Shown here piece by piece: positions 10,881 through 20,496 of a stretch of 27,395 nt of DNA. The DNA lies in the NCBI GenBank assembly GCA_964035545.1, contig CAXIUT010000147.1, positions 1-27,395 on the forward strand. Direction: 5' to 3'. A model generated the notes under the pieces. The model was not told where the DNA came from, searched no databases, and was given only the letters and a program-made list of their open reading frames with translations. The DNA is from Bugula neritina. Its lineage: Eukaryota > Animalia > Bryozoa. Positions within the stretch are counted from its first letter, which is position 1, and each line of letters opens with the position of its first letter. A program made the position numbers and the translations under genes.

Positions 10881-13800
10881 ATGACCGAATCCCTCCCAAA
10901 ATACATGTTCCTGCACTAGGACTCAGACTAGATGAAAGATAAAAGAATTCAAACTGAAGTCTACTACGATGATTCCTCATAAAACATTGAAAAAAAGTAT
11001 CGCAAAAGAATACATAACACCATTAACAATAAAATCGGTGTCCACGACCAATCCATTCACAATCTAGGTAATATTTATAGCATTTAGAATATTCTAATCA
11101 ATATGGAGTTGTTCTCAGAGCCATGGAAAACGAAGTGGCTGTCTGTAAAGTGGAAGTGATGGATGGATTTTTGAGAGAAGGGAAAGAGGAGATGAAAGAG
11201 ATGGGTACAATTGGCTTTAGTGGTGAGTTATTTTTGTCTCCAACTGAAGAGTTGCTTGCTATTTGCACTGATTCTTTAATTCAAATTATGAAGATGTCTG
11301 AGCTACCTTAGTTGACTCTTTTGCCTATGCCTAATATCCATAACTGCAAACATTTCAAATGGCTTGGAAATCATCAGTTATTGGCTTGGAATTTCTAGAA
11401 AGAAGCATATGTAGTTAATATAGATTTGAATAACAAAGAAACTAAGTTTGTTGAAATATAGGGAATCAAGGAATGCACTGGAATATCAATTGTTGGTCAG
11501 AACTTATTAATTATGCAGAAGTTGGAGATCTGGGTCTATGATATGAAACTATCTCTCATCAAGAAGCTAGATATGAGCTGTTAATAACATGATTATTTCC
11601 TCTACGATTACAGCTATATTATTGATGTCTTCAGGATCAACATTCATAGTTCACCTTAACAGCTGCTTTCACGTTCTAACTTGGCTTTTGAAGCGAATGA
11701 TATCTTGGGTTTTGTGATGGTCTACTATGATGATGAGTAAGAATAGCCTGATCAGAGATGGTTGACTTTCTTTAAGGGTGACTTGATGAGTGGATAGAAG
11801 AATTTTAGAGGTAGTGAGATGTTTTATTCTGCACATGATAAAAGATCTTTGTATTACGATGATGGAGAGAAGTTATCTTTTGATGTTAAAGTGATGGATC
11901 TTGGGTATTCACTTTGTATTGTTTTAGAGAAGATGTAAATTGTGTATCTAATTGATCCTTTTTAGACTTTTTAGAAGTTGAATATATTTTAAGTTAAAGG
12001 AAAACTTGATTTCAAGGATTCTGAAGGGAATTTCTTTAGAGGAGTCACTCTTATGAGAAACATGATGCCTTCATAAAAGAAAATACCGGAAAATGTAAAA
12101 AATCCTTTACTTTAAATCATTGTGAAGGAATTTGAGGGAGAATTTATGACCTTATACTTTGCTGCTCAGGAGACCAATTTAACTATAGCTTATCCTCCTT
12201 CTCTTATTGGTATTACTGATAAAACATTTTATAGGAGATATGCAGTCAGTGTCTTAGAAGGAATCGATAAAGATAAAGATGAAGATATTATTGCCGAGAT
12301 GAAGAAAATCAAAAAGTCAAAGCATATCATTAGTGTAAGAGATAAGTTGTAAGGAAAGATGAAGAAAATATAGAAAGAAGAGATAAAGAAAGAAGAAAAA
12401 TAAAAAAAGATAATCAATGCATAATCTAAAAATGAGATCTCAAAGAAAGAATAAAAAGTAGAGAAAAAAGAATAAAAACAGTAATAGAAGAAAGAAGGAA
12501 GTTTATTTAGTTCAATTTAAAAACCTTTCGGAAGTTTATTTGGATAATGTAAAAAATAATAAAAAACCTCTCTTTTTAAAACTTCTCAATAAGATAAGAA
12601 TCCTTTCAAGTCAACTTAAAAATAAGCAACAAGTTTATTTAATAAATAAAAATCACCTCTTTTCAAAACTTAATAAAATAAGAATCTTTTCAATTCAACT
12701 GAAAAATAGACAAAAGAAAAGTCTATTCCTTTTAAATCTTCTTAACAAGAAAAGAATCCTTTCAAGTCATCTGAAAAATAATCAACAAGTTTATTTAATC
12801 AATAAAAATCAACACTGTTTAAACCTTCTGATAAGCCAATAACATCAATATTTAGTAAAAATTAAGGTGATTCAGTCGAAAAGAATGTCAATAATATGTT
12901 CAATCAACATCCTCCTATTGTAAAGTAACCACTTAAAAAAGTTGACTCACCAAAATAAACTAAATCTGTTCTTCAAGATAAAGTAAAGTAAGAGTCGAAT
13001 CCTGGAGGAAGTTTATTTAGTAAAGGAGGAGCTTTCAATATACCAAAATCTGATCAAATAAAGAAGGAATAAGATAATTCTCTTTTTAAAGATAATAAAA
13101 ACAAATCTAGTTCACTTTTTGGTTAAAGTTCTACTGATACAGGTAGTTCTCTTTTTAAATCCAAGCCTAATGAATCTACTTAGCTTTTTAGCAATAAAGA
13201 TAATGCTCCTTTAGTTACTAAACCAGTGACTCCTTTAGTACCCTTTTTTGGAAATAAAAATCAAATGTCATAAATAAAATAGTAAAAATAGGAATAAAAA
13301 TCATCTTTTTCAAATTCTAATAAAATAATAGATAAATATTTTGATAAAAAAGAGGATAAAAAAGATCTTTTCCAAGCAAAGCCTTTTGGAATACCTAAAA
13401 AAGAAGATTCAATGTATCCATAGCCATCACTAATAAATCAATCTCCTTTAATATTTCCAAAAAAAACATAATTTAATACACCTAAAGTTGAAGAAAAGCA
13501 ACCATTTCAAAAATAGAATAAATAGTTATAAAAAAATTCATTGAAAACAAAAGAACTAAACTTAAAAAACAAGAAATAGTAATTATTATTATAGATGAAA
13601 AATGGTTTATCTTCAATAAAAAAGAAACTATCTCCATTCAAATCATAAATAAATATAAAACCATCATAGCTACAATGGCCAAAAATAAAATAACTAATAG
13701 ACAACTAGATGTTTAATCTAACAAAAATATAGGCATTATACTTGGGAGGTCCTTTAAGCAAAATATTACAAAAAGCATAATCAGCTCGTCACTTATATAC

Positions 13801-16321
13801 GAAATACTAATGGATATTTTCTTAAAATCATAAGCTAAATATCAAATAAATATAGAAGCAACTTAATTAGTTGGAATAGTAATTAAATAGGATACTGTTT
13901 TTTAAAAATGTTATCAATCCACCTAAAATAAAACGATCCAATAATAACAGGAGTAGTAGAAGTTAGAAATTGCCTGATACTGATGCTAATTTTAGCAATC
14001 TAAGAGACGTGTTTAGTGATAGGTAAGAGGATTTGTAGAAGTAGTTGGAGTAGCTTCATGCTATTTTGGTTGAGATGGATATGAAGGCTAGGAAGATAGA
14101 TCAAAAAGGAAGTCAAATAAGTCATAAATCTAGGAAGAGCTATGATTTTGGTGGGTTTAAAATGCAATATCAATAAGAATCAAAACTATCCAAAGTTAAT
14201 AGTTATCAATTGTAGCAATCAAAAATCATTTAAACATAACCATTGATAGTTAGAATTAAATAGTTCAATTCTAAACCTAGATTTACTTTGCCACTGTTCA
14301 AAGTATCATTACCTAAAGATTAAATACCTGGTCCATCAAAAACAACCCAAAATATCGTTCCAAATCCAAAATTGCCATCGAATCAATCATTTTCTTCAAT
14401 GAATCAATCTAAAGGTCTTACTATATCTAAGTAAAAGGTGGCGATACCGATGGTCAATCCAAAAATACCAACTTTGCTATAAAAGGATGCTATATCCGAG
14501 TAGGTACTATCTCAATCTGATTTTGAGGATGATGATGATTTGCCTGTCCCTCAGGCTACTCGACAGATATCTAAGATAGATAAGTAGGATAGCGTTAAAA
14601 TAGATAGTTCTAAGGAAAGGAAAATATTTGTTATTCAGAAAGAGAATAAAGTTGGATTATTTGAAGGAGATAAGCAGTAGTTTAAAAGTAAAGGAGAATA
14701 GAATAATTAAAAAGTTAAAGATCAGAGAGAGGTTAAGAGTTAAAAGAAATAAAATACTCTTTTTGGGAGTAAATAAGGTGATATATTTGGTAATAATCTG
14801 CCTCGTCTTTTCACTGATAATAAAAAAGTTGAAGAGAAGAATGATAAGAAAGATTAATCTAAGAAAGGATCTGACGGCAAGTAGTAAAAGGGTCCAGCAG
14901 GTTCTATATTTGGAGGTATTTCTTCAGTTGGTATTGATGGTGCAAGCAGATAGAAGAAATTTATACTTGAATTAGATAAAAAATAGATCTAAAAGAATGA
15001 TGAAGAACTTCTTTAAAGAAAGAATAAATTATAAGCTATGATGGAAAAGTAAAAAGAACAAAATAAAAAAGCATCAAATAAGGAATAGAAAAAATAGTAG
15101 ATAAAAGATGATAAAAAAGAAGAGAAGAAAGAAGATAAGAAAGATGATAAAAAGAAGTAGGTAGGTATAATTTTTGGTTCAGGTCAGGCTTAAACTAACA
15201 AAACAGGAGTATTACCATCAGATAAGAAAGATGGAGCATCTAAATCTCTATTTGATAACATAGGCAGTGGAGGTCCATCACTATTTTCAGTAGGTAGTAA
15301 CTAGAAAAGTTCAAAAACGGTTATAAAACCTGACGATAAATCTTCAAAAGTATCTGAAGATGCTACTAAAGTATAAAATAAAGCTGATAAAGCCCAATAA
15401 AATAAGTAAATTCCAAAAGCACCTTTATCAAATATTAAATAACAAAAAAAAGCATCAATGAGTGACGCATAAATCCAAAAGCAACTTCAAAAAGCTTTAT
15501 AATAGGCATAAAAAAAGTAATAATAGCCAAAAAATACTCTATTCGGCCAAAATCTACCTAAAACTTCAACTCAATCGATATCGACAGATAAGCCAGTCCA
15601 AAATGCTAGTCAACCTTCAGTAATTCAAAATGCTAGTCAGCCTTCAGCATTTAACATGACCGCTCCAAAGCAGCCAGTTGCTCAATTCGGTATGACAAGT
15701 AAATTTATGTCAACAGGACAGAACCAATCTAATATATTTGATCCAAAAGCTATGAGTTTTGGAGGATCGAACAATCCTTCTTTTAATTCATTTGGCAATA
15801 TAGCCAGCACTAATAATACAAGTATACCTGTTGGTAATCAAAATCCATCAGCTATTGTTTAAAATAAAACTGCTTTTAATAAGAATAGTAGTAGTAATTT
15901 GCTGACCCAAGCGGCAACCAATTCTATTCAGAATAATAGCAATCAAATGGCAAATAATTTGGCACCTCAGCAGCCAGGTAACAACAATAGTATATTCCAA
16001 AGTGGTCAGGGAATGTTTGCTGCAAATCCTTCCAACAATCCATTTGGTGGTGGCAATGGGAGTAATCTATTTAGTAACAGTGGAAATAGTGGAAATGGTG
16101 GTAACATTATGTAGGCGTCAACTAGTTTTGGTAGTGCATTTAGCCAGCCATCTAACCAGCCATCTAATAATAATCTTTTTGGTCAGAGCAATTCGATGGG
16201 CAATCAGAATGCGTTTAATTCTGGTTCAGCAGGTCAGTCTAATTTCTTACAGAATTTTAATCCTCAAAAAGCAAGTCAGCCATCGAGTGTGAATCCTAGT
16301 CTAATGGCCCCGCGTAAATGA
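10881..16321 (+). CDS. NUP214: FG-repeat nucleoporin, Nup214/Nup159-like, ~1,800 aa
   Basis: N-terminal propeller-like region with LEYSNQYGVVL and LFLSPTEELLAIC (cf. Nup214 LAVSNKYGLVF, LALSCDNLTLSAC); SLF/NPF/FG repeats; central coiled coil (REEDLEKELEELH); N/Q/G/S-rich FG tail ending SLMAPRK-TGA. The same frame holds at all points checked after one 20-nt intron. Confidence 0.78.
11068..11087 (+). other. 20-nt GT-AG intron (nucleoporin)
   Basis: gtaatatttatagcatttag; removal joins the ATG-10881 frame to the frame of track ORF 11123. Confidence 0.88.
12585..12825 (+). repeat. Imperfect intragenic duplication (156-nt offset) encoding KNPFKS.EKE.TSLFN.EKS.LFK
   Basis: aagaatcctttcaagtca..aaaaataa..acaagtttatttaat.aataaaaatca occurs at ~12596 and ~12752, with a partial copy between them. 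Confidence 0.85.
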
Positions 16322-16450
16322 TAAACCGTAAATACATATCATATAATATCATTGTTTAAGACATATTATCATTAACTAGCTTCAAAGATATAATAACCTG
16401 GCCAAATAACATAAATATCATAAATAATATAAATAAAATTAACTAAATAA

Positions 16451-16909
16451 TCATATATTTTATTTTCTGCTGAAAGATGCTAGACAACTATTTTTTATTT
16501 TACATTTATTATTATTTTTATTTATCTCCTTTAAACTTATTTTGGTGGGCATTCTTGATCCTAGTATTCCTCTCTTATTTTTCATAGTTATTGGTTATTT
16601 GCAGATAATTGAACATTGAGTTTGGGTAAGGCATGATTTCTTATTGAAAGGTGATAGTTGTTCTCTTATTCTTGATTCCTGCATAAAATTTATACGATTC
16701 TATCTTATTTACTAAGAGTATTAGGTGTTTACTCTCGTTTGGCTTTCATGTTGTATTTGTGATGAGTCAATCGAGTTGATAATAGATTAGTTCAAGAGAA
16801 ATGGTGAGGAGAGGGATTTTACTAATAGATTTTGTTTTGGTTTTATGTGCTAGGGTGTTTCAGGTGGGAGAAGTTGTTGGTTTAGAGATGATTTTCTTGA
16901 CTGGAACAT
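16451..16909 (-). CDS. Hypothetical protein, 152 aa
   Basis: Intact 153-codon ATG..TGA frame with TAR=Glu: MFQSRKSSLNQQLLPPETPEHIKPKQ...SFSRKENI. Confidence 0.6.
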
Positions 16910-17040
16910 TAATTTAAATTTATATAGGAACCATTTTTTATATCAATTATTACCTTTAATTATTTATTTGATATTATTTCTCATAAAAATGCTTATATTT
17001 TGTTGATTTATTTGATATCATAATATTTACTATAAAAGAA

Positions 17041-18055
17041 ATGAACGTTGTTATCCAATAACTATCAACCAAAACAAGTAACATCTATATCATATAGCTC
17101 TACAATAATTCATTGTTACTTTACTTGACGATGTCTGGAAGTACATCAAAACTGCCCATCCAATGAACGAAGACAAAATGATAGCAACCATTTATACTAT
17201 CTTCGGAAGAGTTCAAAAAGAATTTCCGATGGTTGCTTCTATCAGTAACCTATCGAAAAGGATAATCAAGGAGTTGAAAGAGGAAGTCGCTGATGTATTT
17301 ATTTACTAAATAAGAGGACTCATAAGATCATGTAGAAGAAGAAGAGCGAGGGATTGAGGTCGTTTATGGAGGGAATTAGTAAGGAAGAAGATCTGGAAAG
17401 GACGGGTAGTGAAGATAATCAATAAAATATGCAAAATTGGATCAAAAAAGTTATGCTTAAAAATATATCATAGCTTAAATAAGATATCATTAATGCTGAT
17501 TCCAGTACTGCTGAAGTTCTTTCTAATAAATTGGCAAGGACAGTATCTGGAAATAACAAATTACCATAAATACTATTTTTTGATTCTTTTTTGGCAAACT
17601 AAACTGCAATCAAAGCTGTTTCTGGATATAAAATCAGAAAGGTCGTTTAATCACCTAAAAATTAAAACTAAGTCAGTTTGTTCTAAAGTACCAAGATGTT
17701 GAGAAGAGCAAGAATTCTAGTTATCAGTGCTGATGCTATCCTTCGCAATGGAGGAATACTCTGTCTCAGTGGTGGACTCATGCTCTGTATTGCAGCAAAG
17801 GAACTAGGCATACCTGTCATAGCCATATCAAGGAGTTACTGTCTATGGTAGCATATAATTAGCGGTCAATAGGAACTAGTCGGTTCTGAAAGTGCTAGAA
17901 CTTGGTTCCCTTAATAAGATGAATTGAATTTCAGAGTGTTAATTGGTAAGAGATTCGACTACGTGAGTGCATAGTTAGTGGGATAAGTGGTTGGTGAGCG
18001 AGTGGGATGGTAGAGTCGCAGTTTGGTTGAAATATTTGAGTAATATTACCATTGA
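17041..18055 (+). CDS. EIF2B2: Translation initiation factor eIF2B subunit beta (divergent), 324 aa
   Basis: SISNLSKRIIKELKEE, ILVISADAILRNGGIL..SGGLMLCIAAKELGIPVI, FDYVSAELV, EIFEEYYH-TGA. Two 20-nt introns give a clean 325-codon frame. Confidence 0.85.
17078..17097 (+). other. 20-nt GT-AG intron (eIF2B-beta intron 1)
   Basis: gtaacatctatatcatatag; without splicing the frame hits TGA at ~17164. Confidence 0.85.
17295..17314 (+). other. 20-nt GT-AG intron (eIF2B-beta intron 2)
   Basis: gtatttatttactaaataag; removal restores the frame through to the TGA at 18053. Confidence 0.85.
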
Positions 18056-18091
18056 TTTGTAGATATATTAATCTTATAATAAATAGTATAA

Positions 18092-20350
18092 TCATGATTT
18101 ATCTTTGTTAGATTTATTTTTATATTCCATTGCGATTCTTTTGATCTAAATATCTAATAATAGGTACATATTATTAATCTTAGTCATCGCTATCGATAAC
18201 TATATTTTTTTTATCTTTTTATATTTTTTTATTTGTTTATTATTTCATTTTTATCTATTATTTTTTAGTCGTCGCAGGTAGATATATTTGGTCTTCTATT
18301 AGATATTTCTTTATTAGATCGTTGTTTTATTTTATTGATGGTTGCTATCTATTTTTCTTTTGCGATTATGGTTAATATAATGATTTGGTTATTTATTTCT
18401 AGGGGATGTGAGATGTTCGATCTGACCTTTATGCTTTTGTTTGGTATTTAGTACTATAGTTGCTGGGCATGTGTTTTTAAGTTGGTGGTGATTTGTTTTC
18501 GATGGGTCTTTCTGGGGATCGCTAGATGATTGATTTTTTATCATTGGGTGAATAATTTTATTTGTATTTTAGTTATTTAGGGGATTAGAGGCGATAGTTA
18601 TCGAAAGAGTTGATAGTTTTTTTGAGAGAGCTGCTGATATTGTTTTACTATTTTATTGTTTTGTCTTAATAGGGATTTATTTATTTGTAGGTTGATGGTT
18701 TTATGTCTTTGAATTGAGGTGATAAAAAGTTAGATTCCTAATTCATCTATAGATATTGTTATTCTTCATATGAATTTTACTGTGCGAATGATATGTTTTT
18801 AGGATCTTTTGCTTTGAATTATTTATTGGTTTTTTGGTTGTTTATTGTAGGATTTGGATCTGATGATGTCTTACCGAAATGAGGTTCTACTGGATAATCA
18901 TATGCCATCTATTGGTTGTATTGCTGATATGGTTCATGGCTATATTGTTGGTATGGGATCTATTGGTTATAGTTTGAATTCATGGGGTAGTTATTGGTTG
19001 GAACTGGCATGGGCATGGGCATGGGCATGTAGTTGGGTACATTTTTTTGAGAAGAAAGTAAAGCGATCACTGATTTCAACTATGCGCAATGGTTCTTATA
19101 TAGTTATAACTATGATTTCAGTCGAGCGATTTCATGGTCTCTCTAATCATAGCTTCTAGAACTGATGTTATCTATTGGTAAGTTGACATAATTCGGCCTA
19201 GATTGTACTGATTCAGCTTCAGACTACTATTTTTATTCTTACATTATGACCTCTCTAGTTGAGAAACGATGCACAACAGGAAACGAATCAGTGATCTCTA
19301 TACTAGACGAGATGGACCAGCGGGCAGCAGGTGAGATTTAGAAGAGATAGTTGGACATTTTTTTACAATTCTATTCAAAAAATATCAAAATACCTGTGTT
19401 GTTGCCTTTCATGCTGATTCGACGACGAATGCAAGGATCAATCAGGTAGTCAACTATGGTAGACCAGAGAAGAGTGTCTTGTTTGCTTGAGTTTCCTAGT
19501 TTACCTGCTACCCAGACACCGATCAAAGGGACAGGCTGTTTTTGGAAATTATGAGGTTCTAATAAGATTAGTTTATATGTCGAATCTTTTTGTGGAGAGA
19601 GTGAGACATATCCTGCTAGAACTTACTGATTGAAGTTTAGTTTGACTAATTTTGAAAAGGTTTATGTCTATGCGAAAGTAAAAGGAGTTATCTTCACTTT
19701 TCTTAATGAAATATCTACCTTAGGAAAGAACATTAGCCTTCCTATTTTCAGTTTCTTTTCTTTTTATTAGGCAATGATAAATACTCTTATTATTTTGGTT
19801 AATATTTTCCAAAGGTCATTGATTCTGCCCTGTTGCTCATCGATTTTAGGTCTAATTGCATTTCTTTAAGAAAGACATCTGAATTAATGCTATACTCTTT
19901 GTTGGGTTTTTGGCCTTCCTTACTCTCTCACTAAAGTCAATCCCACGCAAAAGGCGTCTTTCGAGGTTTGCATGGAACCTATATCGTCTGTTTATTCTGG
20001 GTGGGTTTACTGGAGACGAGTGAAGGGACAGTCTGGAGAGTCAGATAAGAGAGATGCTTGGAGAGACCGTTTGCTGCGGATGGCTTTATCTAGGAGAAGA
20101 GCGGCTAGTTCTGGATCTGTGTTAAGGACTAGTTCTGGAGGCCCGATGGTTCTTTCTGTGCCCTAGATATGATATTTTTGACTTTAGTTTCGAAGGTGTA
20201 TTGTTTGAATGTGATGGATTCGAAGAGAGGTTTGTTTGGTTTGGACGGATCTGGAGGATCGAGAGGTTGTCTGAGTATATTTCTGGAGGAAATGGACTTG
20301 AAGAATTACTACATCCAGACATTTCTATTTTTTTTGAATCGGTTGTTCAT
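18092..20350 (-). CDS. STIL-like protein (STIL N-terminal domain, coiled coil, STAN-like motifs), 738 aa
   Basis: GYVSLSPQKDSTYKLILLEPHNFQKQPVPLIGVWVAG...LLWSTIVDYLIDPCIRRRIS resembles STIL [33 protein letters not shown]...VWACCLRYIFNSSVQERV. Continuous frame after removing 20- and 22-nt introns. Confidence 0.72.
18146..18167 (-). other. 22-nt GT-AG intron (STIL-like gene)
   Basis: Minus strand gtacctattattagatatttag; removal brings the TGA at 18092-18094 into frame and avoids overlap with eIF2B-beta. Confidence 0.78.
20163..20182 (-). other. 20-nt GT-AG intron (STIL-like gene)
   Basis: Minus strand gtcaaaaatatcatatctag; joins the 56-codon first exon to the long downstream frame. Confidence 0.82.
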
Positions 20351-20431
20351 TATATTCCTATCTATTATATAAACCTATCCTAACTTACTTTAATACCAAA
20401 GTAATTCATTTAACAAAAGTAATAACTCAAT

Positions 20432-20496
20432 TTGGGTTGGGGTTGGGGTTGGGGTTGGGGTTGGGGTTGGGGTTGGGGTTGGGGTTGGGGTTGGGG
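20432..20496 (+). repeat. Internal telomeric tract (TTGGGG)n in right-end orientation
   Basis: One TTGGG plus ten TTGGGG units, about the same length as the terminal tracts; no adjacent CCCCAA tract. Confidence 0.97.

Noticed and set aside
19005-19030. (ATGGGC)n short tandem repeat as a separate element
   Set aside because: It is the coding MPMPMPMP tract of the STIL-like gene.
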